DNA from: Acidimicrobiia bacterium | Lineage (GTDB): Bacteria; Actinomycetota; Acidimicrobiia; Spongiisociales; ZC4RG35 | Reading direction: 5' to 3' | Assembly: GCA_035544575.1 (NCBI GenBank) | Contig: DATKEC010000115.1 | Span: 22,835-86,834, forward strand | DNA length: 64,000 nt | Shown: piece by piece, positions 51,609 to 61,680 of the stretch | How the letters are laid out: every line of letters starts with the position of its first letter | Position numbering within the stretch: position 1 is the stretch's first letter | The notes under the pieces: generated by a model | What the model saw: only the letters and a program-made list of their open reading frames with translations | Database searches by the model: none | What the model was told of the DNA's origin: nothing | Translations under genes and position numbers: made by a program

Positions 51609-53356
51609 CGGTTGCCCAATCGCACTTCGTCGCGGTAGGCAAAGATCTCCATGCGCTTGCCTTCCGCCCGGAGCTGCTGCCAGCGCTGCCATGTCACGGG
51701 GTCGAAGAGATCCGAGTGCTTGGCCTCGAAGACCTCACGCAGCCGGCCCTGAAGCCCGAGGAAACTCCGGAACTCCTCCGGGAACACATCGTCGGGCCCG
51801 ATCGGGAACCACGGTTCCGCGGACATCGTGTCCTGGGGATCGTCTGAATCGGGAAGCGCCCGGAAGCTCACCTCCTCGAGGGTCTGTAGCTCGTCGTAGT
51901 CGTAGAAGACGACCCGGCCATGGCGGGTCACCCCAAAGTTCTTCATCAGCATGTCTCCAGGGAAGATGCCGCTGGCGGCCATGTCCTTGATGGCGAGGCC
52001 ATAGTCGTCGATCGAACGCTCGGCATCGGCCGGGCGCGCCTCCTTCAAATACACGTCCAGTGGCGTGACCCGTCGTTCGACGTATGTGTGACGGATGGTC
52101 ACCGTGTCGCCGTCGACCTCCACCGAGCGGGAACACTGCTCGACGAGATAGTCCAGGAGACCGGGGTCGAAGCGTTCGCGGGGAAGCGTCAGGTGTTCGA
52201 ATTCCTGGGCGTCGACCAACCGACCCGCCCGGTCATGCCGGAAGACGAGTCGATATCGATTCAACACCCGATCCCGGGTGACCTGCTTCGGCGCGCCGAA
52301 ACGATCCCGGATCACCTTCAGGACGATGTCGAAGCCCGGCAGGGTGAACACGACCATCACCAGCCCCGGCGTACCGCGGGTGGTGACGAAGCGGTCGGGC
52401 GCCACCGAGAGGTGACGGCGGATCTCGCGGTAGAGCTCGGTCTTTCCGTGTTTGACGTAGCCCAGTGAGATGTACAACTCGGCGGTGCGCTTCCGCGGCA
52501 TCAGCGTCCCGAGGAAATGGACCAACGGCTGGGGACCGACGACGTTCACGAAGAAGTAGCTCCGGGTGAAGCTGAACAGGATGCTGACGTCGTTCTCGGT
52601 GAGCAGGACCGCATCGACCCGCACTCCGTCGGCAGCGTGGGCGAGCACCAGGACGACAGGGACCACCTGGGATCCCGACGAGACCCGAGCGACGATCGCC
52701 GCACCCGAACCGCGGAAGAAAAGGGGTACCACCACGTCAGCGCTGTCGATGTTGCGCAGTCCACCGACGGTCGCGAGACGATCGGCGATCCTGTCCCCCG
52801 CCAGGGCGGCGTCCTCTTCGAGGGAACGCCATGCCGCCGCGAGACCGGTGTCGCGGAGGATCTGGGCAACGAGGGCGGCGGCGGATCCGGGCGAGTGATA
52901 GGTGCGGAACACCGGCGTCGTCACGCCAGGAGCCACCACATCGGAGTCCACGAACTCGATCCGTGGATTGACGCCGACGGTCGTGAAGATCTTACGGGTG
53001 ACCGAGTTGAAGAAAGTCTCGGCCAGCTCGGTGTCAGGTCGGGTCGAAACCAGCACGGCGTAGACCGCCTTCATGCCCGCCCACACCATCGGATCGTGAT
53101 CCCTGGCTTCGAGAGTGTGGCGGAGGCGGTCGGCGGTGTCGGCCGCGGCCCGGGCGTACAGATCCAGGCGCTCGACGTGATCGGCGGCCAGTCCGGCCCA
53201 GTCCCGAGCTTCGAAGCGATGCCTCGCCCGCCGGGTGACGATCAGATGGCGGTCTGCGAGCTCGGACCACGCGGAAGCGACTGCCTTGGCGCCCAGACCC
53301 GCCAAGCGGGAGTCGCTCAGATCTGCGCCTGCGGCTCCGGAGGAGGATGCGGTCAT
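51605..53356 (-). CDS. aceK: Isocitrate dehydrogenase kinase/phosphatase
   Basis: Colinear similarity to E. coli AceK (..TAELY..LGY.KHGKTE.YRE.., LVMVVFTLPGFD.V.KVI.DRF, FPGDML.KNFGVTRHGRVVFYDYDE, EPW..I.P.DVFPEEF); start at MTASSSG, with AGGAGG upstream. Confidence 0.85.
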   Translation of the reverse strand: MTASSSGAAGADLSDSRLAGLGAKAVASAWSELADRHLIVTRRARHRFEARDWAGLAADHVERLDLYARAAADTADRLRHTLEARDHDPMVWAGMKAVYAVLVSTRPDTELAETFFNSVTRKIFTTVGVNPRIEFVDSDVVAPGVTTPVFRTYHSPGSAAALVAQILRDTGLAAAWRSLEEDAALAGDRIADRLATVGGLRNIDSADVVVPLFFRGSGAAIVARVSSGSQVVPVVLVLAHAADGVRVDAVLLTENDVSILFSFTRSYFFVNVVGPQPLVHFLGTLMPRKRTAELYISLGYVKHGKTELYREIRRHLSVAPDRFVTTRGTPGLVMVVFTLPGFDIVLKVIRDRFGAPKQVTRDRVLNRYRLVFRHDRAGRLVDAQEFEHLTLPRERFDPGLLDYLVEQCSRSVEVDGDTVTIRHTYVERRVTPLDVYLKEARPADAERSIDDYGLAIKDMAASGIFPGDMLMKNFGVTRHGRVVFYDYDELQTLEEVSFRALPDSDDPQDTMSAEPWFPIGPDDVFPEEFRSFLGLQGRLREVFEAKHSDLFDPVTWQRWQQLRAEGKRMEIFAYRDEVRLGNR

Positions 53357-53404
53357 GCCGAGAGATTGCAGGCCGCAGCCATCAGCCGCAAGCGCGCCAA
53401 CGCC

Positions 53405-53420
53405 GAAACGCGATCGAAAC
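53405..53420. promoter_or_regulatory. GAAAC-n6-GAAAC direct repeat, a candidate GlnR-type box, in the divergent aceK/amt promoter region
   Basis: gccGAAACgcgatcGAAACgcgatg, 96-111 nt upstream of the amt ATG; resembles the b-sites of actinomycete GlnR boxes. Confidence 0.25.
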
Positions 53421-53515
53421 GCGATGGCTCCCGACCCGCAACAGGCGCATAACGAGACCGCAAACGAAGGTCCATACGTTGACTGGGTCCCCATACACAG
53501 ACACTGGAGGAACAA

Positions 53516-54844
53516 ATGCGGAGACGACTACTGACATTTGGCGGCCTGACCGCCACGGCCCTCTTCGGTCCGTTGGCGGGCACCGCGCTGGCCCAGAGCG
53601 TGGAAGAGGTGGCGGTGGCACTCGACAACGTCTGGGTTGTCGTCGCCGGCATCCTCGTCATGTTCATGCAACCCGGCTTCGCACTCGTCGAAGCGGGCTT
53701 CACGCGTGCCAAGAACACGGCGAACATCGTCATGAAGAACTTCATGGACTTTGCCGCAGGCGCCCTCATGTATTGGGCCGTCGGCTTCGGCCTCGCATAC
53801 GGCGGATCCACGATCGGCGGATACATCGGGTATGGCGAGTTCTTCTTCAACAATCCGGCGCGTTCGGTCGAATGGTTCTTCCAGGTGGTCTTCGCAGCGA
53901 CCGCGGCGACGATCGTCTCGGGAGCCATGGCAGAGCGGACGAAGTTCTCCGCCTATCTGATCTACACACCGTTCATCACCGGGTTCATCTATCCCATCGT
54001 CACCCACTGGACGTGGGGTGGCGGCTGGCTCGCCGAGCTCGGGTACTACGACTTCGCCGGTTCGGGGATCGTCCACATGGTGGGCGGCGTCGCCGCCCTC
54101 GCCGGGGTCCTCGTGCTCGGGCCGCGCATCGGCAAGTACGACGAGAACGGCAACCCGCTGCCGATCCCCGGCCATTCGCTGATGCTCGGCGCGCTCGGTG
54201 TGTTCATCCTCTGGTTCGGTTGGTATGGCTTCAACGCTGGATCCACCCTGGCGGCAGTCGGAGCGGACTTCGCCACCGTGGCCGTCACGACGACGCTGGC
54301 GGCAGCGGCGGGGGCGATCGGAGCGATGACCACCGCATGGGCGAATCGTTCCTTCGGCCGGCCCGACCCGGGAATGACACTCAACGGCGCCCTCGGAGGA
54401 CTCGTGGGAATCACCGCTGCGCCCGACATCATTCCCACGCACTTCGCGGTGCTGGTGGGACTCGTGGCAGGCTTCGTCGTCGTCCAGGGGATGCTGGCCA
54501 TCGAGAAGGCAGGCATCGACGATCCGGTCGGGGCGATCACAGTGCATGGGCTGTGCGGCATCTGGGGTGTGCTCGCTGTGGGGATCTTCGGGGCCGATGT
54601 CGGGTTCCTCAACGGGGGTGGGTTCAGCCAGATCGGCTACCAGATCATCGGCATCCTGGCGATCGGTGGCTGGGCATTCGTCACCTCGACGATCGTGTTC
54701 CGGGGTCTCGATGCGGTGATGGGGCTTCGAGTCTCCGCAGAAGAAGAACTCGCCGGCCTGGACAGGGTGGAACACGGCGCCGCCGCCTATCCGGAGTTCA
54801 TGGAACAGATCGCCGACCCCCGCCAGCTGGATCCGATCTCCTGA
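53516..54844 (+). CDS. amt: Ammonium transporter (Amt family)
   Basis: Signal peptide; ..VMFMQPGFALVEAGF..; GGAG RBS; about 11 TM helices; no glnK downstream. Confidence 0.9.
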   Translation: MRRRLLTFGGLTATALFGPLAGTALAQSVEEVAVALDNVWVVVAGILVMFMQPGFALVEAGFTRAKNTANIVMKNFMDFAAGALMYWAVGFGLAYGGSTIGGYIGYGEFFFNNPARSVEWFFQVVFAATAATIVSGAMAERTKFSAYLIYTPFITGFIYPIVTHWTWGGGWLAELGYYDFAGSGIVHMVGGVAALAGVLVLGPRIGKYDENGNPLPIPGHSLMLGALGVFILWFGWYGFNAGSTLAAVGADFATVAVTTTLAAAAGAIGAMTTAWANRSFGRPDPGMTLNGALGGLVGITAAPDIIPTHFAVLVGLVAGFVVVQGMLAIEKAGIDDPVGAITVHGLCGIWGVLAVGIFGADVGFLNGGGFSQIGYQIIGILAIGGWAFVTSTIVFRGLDAVMGLRVSAEEELAGLDRVEHGAAAYPEFMEQIADPRQLDPIS

Positions 54845-54914
54845 GCAGGTCCCTTCGCCGGCGGTCGGCGACGATTGCGTTGGGTGGGTCTCCACACGGA
54901 GGCTCACCCGACGT

Positions 54915-54938
54915 GGCTGAGTCGTCTCGAACTCAGCC
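54915..54938. terminator. Candidate hairpin in the convergent gap after amt
   Basis: GGCTGAGT-cgtctcga-ACTCAGCC, an 8-bp stem with no U-tract. Confidence 0.2.
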
Positions 54939-55445
54939 CACGGGCCGGCGGGACGCCACGTCGTAGATCCGCAACGATCCGCCGTCGGACACGATGAGAT
55001 TGGCCGGGTTGATCCACATCCGATCTCCCAGCTTCTCGAGCGCTTCATCGAGCCGGCGGCGGTCGACCACCTCGGGACATTGGACCGTGACAAGTCCGGC
55101 CCGGTCGACATCGTGAAGGACACGGTCGTCCTCGACCCATTTGACCGCCTCGGTGACCGCCATCCCTACGGCGAGCACATCGTGGGCGGAATCGACGAAC
55201 TCCTCGACCATGTCGTCGATGAGTGCCACCAGCGCCCCGTCGGGCACCGGTTCGTCGAAGAACACCACCGTGCTGATGTGGGGGGCGAGATCCCGCATTC
55301 GCCGCCGGAGCGTTGGGACGTGCACGTTGACCGACGGTCCGGTGCCATGGTCACCCACAACAGCGAAGGCTTCCACCCTCCCATCACCCGCAACGAGATG
55401 GAGTTGGCGCGCCGAGAACGGGCGGAGCATATGAAGGCCGGACAT
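54933..55445 (-). CDS. Hypothetical protein
   Basis: 170 aa from the ATG at 55445 (the track uses a TTG at 55475); GC3-rich, coding-like composition; divergent from ispD. Confidence 0.35.
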   Translation of the reverse strand: MSGLHMLRPFSARQLHLVAGDGRVEAFAVVGDHGTGPSVNVHVPTLRRRMRDLAPHISTVVFFDEPVPDGALVALIDDMVEEFVDSAHDVLAVGMAVTEAVKWVEDDRVLHDVDRAGLVTVQCPEVVDRRRLDEALEKLGDRMWINPANLIVSDGGSLRIYDVASRRPVG

Positions 55446-55500
55446 GGCTACAAGATTAGGAGTTCGAGACGCCAAGTCGGTGCGGCGGTAACGTCACACG

Positions 55501-56217
55501 ATGGCCACCGTCGCGATCGTTCTCGCCGGGGGAAGCGGGTCCCGCGTACAACGCGACGTGAACAAGGTGTTCTTGCCGTTGGGGGATCGCGAGATGCTCG
55601 CTTACTCCCTCGACACGATGGATCGTTCACCACTCATCGACGAGGTCATCCTCGTGGTGCGCGACGAGGACCGCCCCCTCGCCGAGCGGCTCATCTCCGA
55701 AGCGGGCTGGGCCAAGCTCGTCGCCGTCGTCACCGGCGGTGAGAGTCGCCATCAGTCCGAGTGGCACGCGATCGCATCGGTGGCCGATGGCATCGACGGA
55801 GGGCGGGTCGACATCGTCGTGATCCACGATGGTGCCCGACCGTTCATGACCGCTGAGATCCTGGCCGCCACCATCGAGGCGGCGCGGCGCAGCGGCGGCG
55901 GTGTCCCCGGTCTCCCGATCGAAGGCCCCATCTACGAACGGAGGGGCGAATCCGTGTTGGTCGCACCCCACGCCAAGCTTCGGCGGATGCAGACCCCGCA
56001 GGCATTCCAGGCCGCGCCTCTTCTCGCGGCACATCGCGCCGCCGAGGCCGAGAACAGCGAAGGAGTCGACACGGCCGCGACAGCCTCCCGCCACTCCGAG
56101 ATGTCGGTCGAGGTCGTCCCCGGCGATCCCCGCAACATCAAGGTCACGTTCGTCGAGGACATCTTCCGGGCCGAGGAATACGCGGCGAGCTTCAACCGGG
56201 GGGCGTGGGCGGGCTGA
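55501..56217 (+). CDS. ispD: 2-C-methyl-D-erythritol 4-phosphate cytidylyltransferase
   Basis: ..AIVLAGGSGSRV..NKVFLPLGD.. and ..VVIHDGARPF.. Confidence 0.88.
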   Translation: MATVAIVLAGGSGSRVQRDVNKVFLPLGDREMLAYSLDTMDRSPLIDEVILVVRDEDRPLAERLISEAGWAKLVAVVTGGESRHQSEWHAIASVADGIDGGRVDIVVIHDGARPFMTAEILAATIEAARRSGGGVPGLPIEGPIYERRGESVLVAPHAKLRRMQTPQAFQAAPLLAAHRAAEAENSEGVDTAATASRHSEMSVEVVPGDPRNIKVTFVEDIFRAEEYAASFNRGAWAG

Positions 56218-56263
56218 GACCTTCGGCGGCAGGAGCGCAGGGGCTTTCCGCGCCTGCGAGGCG

Positions 56264-56350
56264 GTGCCCGGGGTGGGATTTGAACCCACACGTCCTCTCG
56301 GACAGGGGGGTTTAAGCCCCCAGCGTCTGCCAGTTTCGCCACCCGGGCCG
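56264..56350 (-). tRNA. tRNA-Leu (anticodon UAA)
   Basis: GCCCGGG acceptor stem, anticodon stem GGGGG/CCCCC with loop CUUAAAC, long variable arm, T-loop GTGGGTTCAAATCCCAC, discriminator A; CCA is not encoded. Confidence 0.85.
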
Positions 56351-56372
56351 GGCAGGACTCCGAGTATCACAG

Positions 56373-57233
56373 TCAGAGACCGGCGACGACGCCATCCAAC
56401 AGGTCCCGCTCGCTGACCGTCACCGTGACCGCGTCGAGACGCCGCATCGTCTCGCGGGCAATGACTGCCCCGGCGAGGATCACCGGAGCACGCGCCGGGT
56501 CGAGCCCGGGAAGCGCTGCCGTCTCCTCGACCGTCAGACCGGCCAGGCGGACCACGAGCCGGTCGATGACCACACGGTCCAGCTTCTCGTCGTGGACCGA
56601 CCCGCTGCGTTCGCGGGCGATCCCAGCCAACGACGTCCATGTACCTGCCACACCGATGACCGAAACTCCGCCGGGGAGTTCCACCTCCTGGAACAGACCC
56701 TCCACGTGCTCGATGGCCGTTTCGACGGCTTCGTAGGACACGGGTCGCACCGGAAGCAGGCGATCGGTCAGCCGCACCGAGCCGATGTCGATCGAAACCG
56801 CCTGGATGCGGTCGGTCCGATACACGAACTCGGTACTGCCGCCGCCGATGTCGACGACGATGAGATCCCCCTCCCGGCCACGGGCGGCTCCCGCGAATGC
56901 GAGTTCTGCCTCCTCGATCCCGGAGATCATCTGCGGACGCACTCCCAACACGTCCTCGCTCCGGTCGAGGAATTCTTCGCGGTTCGAGGCGTCGCGGGTG
57001 GCCGAGGTCGCCACCGCCCGCCGGCGCTCCGCCCCGTGTCGCTCGCACAATCGGCGGAACTCGTCGAAGACGTCGAGCGTCCGGCAAATAGCGTCCTCGT
57101 CGAGCCGCCGGTTGGCGTCCACCCCGCGCCCGAGGCCGGTCACTCGGGCGACACGCACCAGGTCCTCGCCTGTATCGTCCACGACGAGCAATCGCATCGA
57201 ATTGGTGCCGATGTCGATCGCCGCCCGCGCCAT
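56373..57233 (-). CDS. ppx: Ppx/GppA-family exopolyphosphatase
   Basis: MARAAIDIGTNSMRLLV.. and ..VVDIGGGSTEFV.. Confidence 0.85.
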   Translation of the reverse strand: MARAAIDIGTNSMRLLVVDDTGEDLVRVARVTGLGRGVDANRRLDEDAICRTLDVFDEFRRLCERHGAERRRAVATSATRDASNREEFLDRSEDVLGVRPQMISGIEEAELAFAGAARGREGDLIVVDIGGGSTEFVYRTDRIQAVSIDIGSVRLTDRLLPVRPVSYEAVETAIEHVEGLFQEVELPGGVSVIGVAGTWTSLAGIARERSGSVHDEKLDRVVIDRLVVRLAGLTVEETAALPGLDPARAPVILAGAVIARETMRRLDAVTVTVSERDLLDGVVAGL

Positions 57234-57242
57234 ACGACGAAC

Positions 57243-57748
57243 CTACCGGGGTTCCCGCCACGCCGGGTTGGCGGCTCCGGCGACCACACAAGGGATGGTG
57301 CAGTTCAGCGGCTCGACCCACGGCGCCACCATCCGTCCCACCGGGTTGTCGTTGGCGGCGGCGTGATCGGCGTAATGGGCGTGCAAACACTTGATCCCTG
57401 TGCGCGCCCCGCCGACTCCCCCGCTCGGAACCGGGGACGCCCCAGGCGGCACCACGGCGTCGCGATCCGCGGCGTATCGCCGATGCGCGGCTTCGAGTTC
57501 GAGCGCGAAGTCGGAATCTGCCTCTGCGTGACGCTCCATCGCCCTCACTCCCCCACTGGCCTCCAGACGTCCGATGCGGATCGACGCCAGCGGACAGCTC
57601 AGCCAGAAGCGGGTCGGGAAGGGCGTCCCGTCATCGAGAATCGGGGGGACCGCCGCCACGACCGGCAGGCCGAGCGGACATCGAGCGACGACCGCGGACT
57701 CGGCACGAAGTGGACGGCGGATCTGGGCTTCCAGATCGGCGCGGTCGG

Positions 57749-57752
<4 letters not shown>
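57243..57752 (-). CDS. DUF501-domain protein
   Basis: Typical position between ftsB-like and ppx; ..CLHAHYADH.. Cys/His cluster; the GTG start overlaps the ftsB-like stop (GTGA). Confidence 0.6.
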
Positions 57753-59544
<1,792 letters not shown>

Positions 59545-60038
59545 TCAGAACTCGAGCGGCAGACAGGCGATCCTGCCGTCCGCGGCACCGTCCGGGCGGG
59601 TCGGACTTTCGTGGATCACGACCGACCTCGCCCCCGCCGCCGGGATCTCGAAGTCGGCGATCGCCACCGCATGACCGGTTCGACCGTTCGTCACGGTGAA
59701 GTCGAGCCAGACTTCGTTCTCTGCGGTCGTCCCCACGCCACCGGTGTTGTAGTGGCCGAGGGCAGCCAGACCGTTGCCCGCCACACACGGTCCGACATGA
59801 ACGTGTGCCCCGAACGTACGGCCCACCACACCCTCTCCGAGGTCCTTGACGTTGAGACGAACGACGGTTCGTCCGTTCTGGACGGTCGCAGACGCCACCG
59901 CCCAAGCCCCATCGGTGGCGTCGGCACTGGCGCGCACGTCCGTCAGCGATCCCCGAAAGAACGTGCCCGGTCCAGCCAGCACGGGGATCGTCGTGAGGAC
60001 CACCATGCAAGCACCGAGGAGCCACACCAACCCTTGTC
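59545..60038 (-). CDS. Cu/Zn superoxide dismutase-like secreted protein
   Basis: GGGAGGAG SD 8 nt before the ATG; signal/TM LVWLLGACMVVLTTIPVLA; GAHVHVGPC .. SVVIHE...DG..GRIACLPL pattern. Confidence 0.5.
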
Positions 60039-60156
60039 TGTATCGCATTTCATTCTCCTCCCGCAACGGGTCGTTGCGATACCGAACAGACGTGTGTCCG
60101 GAGCGAGATGGGTGACGCGTCACCCGCCAAAGGGTCGGGGTTCGTCTCCATGGCAG

Positions 60157-60714
60157 ATGACGGCTGTCGCCTTCGCCGAATGGATCTCCGCCGACGCCTG
60201 GGAGGCTGGGTGGACGCGCGCTGAAGTGGATCAGATCGTGGGCCACCTCTTCGAGGCCGAGGCACGCAACCTCGTGCGTCTCGCCCGCTTCTTCGTCGAT
60301 GACCGCGACGCCGCCGAAGATCTGGTGCAGGAGGCATTCATCCGACTGGCTCGATCGATCCACCGGATCAAGAACCCTCACGCCGCCCCGGCCTACCTGC
60401 GCTCGATCGTGCTCAACCTGGCGCGCGATCACAATCGCCGCGGCCTCGTGTCGCTTCGACACCGGTTGTCAGCCGAGCCGCCGGCGGGCGGTCTCGACGA
60501 CGGGCTCGAGTTGGCAGAAGACCAGCAGCGGGTGATCGAGGCGCTGCGCGGCCTTGCGCCGGGGCAACGGAACTGCCTGGTGCTCCGCTATTACATGGAA
60601 TTGTCGAACCCCGAGATCGCCCGCACGCTGGGGGTCTCGGTGAACACGGTCAAGACCCAGATCCAGCGGGGCATGGCGGCGCTGGAGCAGGTGTTGGAGC
60701 GGGGCGAGGAATGA
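60157..60714 (+). CDS. ECF (group 4) sigma-70 factor
   Basis: Region 2 ..EDLVQEAFIRLA.. and region 4 ..CLVLRYYMELSNPEIARTLGVSVNTVKTQIQRG..; the track ORF (58957..60714) is extended far upstream. Confidence 0.8.
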   Translation: MTAVAFAEWISADAWEAGWTRAEVDQIVGHLFEAEARNLVRLARFFVDDRDAAEDLVQEAFIRLARSIHRIKNPHAAPAYLRSIVLNLARDHNRRGLVSLRHRLSAEPPAGGLDDGLELAEDQQRVIEALRGLAPGQRNCLVLRYYMELSNPEIARTLGVSVNTVKTQIQRGMAALEQVLERGEE

Positions 60715-61331
60715 CAACGCTCGAACGCCGCCTCAGCGAAGCACTGCAGTCCGGGGCCTCGGCCACGCGTCCCGCCCCGGATCTCTTCGAGCGGGTCACC
60801 GCCTCGATCGAGGACGACCGGAGGCGCCGCCGCATCCTCGCGCGCGGTCTCGGCGTCGGCGTCGGCGTGCTGGCGTCGCTCGGTTCACTCGGGTTCGCAC
60901 TGTCGACACACACGAACGGGAGGTTGGTCATGCCCTGGTGGGCACTGGAACTCATCGCAACGGTGGTCCTGATCGGAATGGCGCTGTGGCTAGGGCCCTT
61001 CATCAAGCGGTTCGGACGGGCGTACGCGGCCGACGTCTTCCGTGCGAACCCTCGCACCGGCAAGTCCTACATCGTGCTGACGGACATCGTCTACTACCTG
61101 ATCTTCACGGCCTACATCCTCTTCACGATGCGCTTCGAACGCGAGCCGGGATGGGGGTCGGCGGTCAACGCGGATCAGGCCCAATTCGCGGTGTTCCGAG
61201 TGGCGGGGATCCTGTTGATCATCGGGGTCCTGCACGGGTTGAACATCGTGCTGATGCCGGTGCTCGGCCGCCTCTTCTCGCTCAACCGCCGACTCGATTC
61301 CCTGAACAGGACCGACGGTGTCGAAGACTGA
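60711..61331 (+). CDS. Putative membrane anti-sigma factor
   Basis: ATGA overlap with the ECF sigma stop; cytoplasmic N-terminus then several TM helices. Confidence 0.45.
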   Translation: MTTLERRLSEALQSGASATRPAPDLFERVTASIEDDRRRRRILARGLGVGVGVLASLGSLGFALSTHTNGRLVMPWWALELIATVVLIGMALWLGPFIKRFGRAYAADVFRANPRTGKSYIVLTDIVYYLIFTAYILFTMRFEREPGWGSAVNADQAQFAVFRVAGILLIIGVLHGLNIVLMPVLGRLFSLNRRLDSLNRTDGVED

Positions 61332-61596
61332 CGACGAACGCCTCGGCCTCGGATGGGAGGTCTGGTTCCTCGTCTCGATGCTGGGGGCCGGCGGCCTGGC
61401 CGCGTTCGTTCTGCTGAATGTGATGGGGTTGGCGTTCGACCCCGTTGCCTCGAACTCGATCCTGGCGCCGGCACGTGCCGTCCCGAGTCCTGGTCTCGAC
61501 CTCGGGCGCTTCATACTCGGCTGCTCGGGCGCGATCGCGTGCGCCGCGTTCGTGATCAGCCTCATCCGCTCGACCGACTGGCACCCCGCCCCCTGA
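61318..61596 (+). CDS. Small hypothetical membrane protein
   Basis: The GTG start overlaps the previous stop; two TM helices. Confidence 0.3.
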   Translation: MSKTDDERLGLGWEVWFLVSMLGAGGLAAFVLLNVMGLAFDPVASNSILAPARAVPSPGLDLGRFILGCSGAIACAAFVISLIRSTDWHPAP

Positions 61597-61606
61597 TCCG
61601 CGGGCC

Positions 61607-61641
61607 AGATCGGACGTATACGTCCGATCTAACCCTGGGTT
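61607..61641. repeat. Dispersed palindrome-containing element, copy A
   Basis: AGATCGGACGTATACGTCCGATCT is a 24-nt perfect palindrome followed by aaccctgggtt; 11 nt after the stop of the + gene. Confidence 0.7.
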
Positions 61642-61646
61642 TGTTT

Positions 61647-61680
61647 GGACGTATACGTCCGATTCAGCCCTCGGTTTGGG
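61647..61680. repeat. Dispersed palindrome-containing element, copy B (tandem with copy A)
   Basis: ggacgtatacgtccgattcagccctcggtttggg; its tail overlaps the last codons and stop of mazG. Confidence 0.65.

Noticed and set aside
53516-54844. amtB-glnK-glnD nitrogen operon
   Set aside because: Only amt is present. The downstream gene is on the opposite strand, and there is no PII (glnK) ORF within 700 nt.
55080-55742. + strand 220-aa ORF overlapping the 54933..55445 hypothetical gene and the ispD start
   Set aside because: Arg/His-rich composition and overlap with ispD. The minus-strand frame has a better coding-like composition and GC3 bias.
56221-56372. Genomic island or integration site at tRNA-Leu
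   Set aside because: No integrase, no direct repeat of the tRNA 3' end nearby, and the flanking genes (ispD, ppx, eno) are core genes in conserved mycobacterial-like order.
61601-61680. Possible CRISPR array (tandem repeated palindromes)
   Set aside because: Only two repeat units, no spacers of unique sequence, no cas genes. Identical units occur singly elsewhere in inverted orientation. It is a REP-like dispersed element, not CRISPR.
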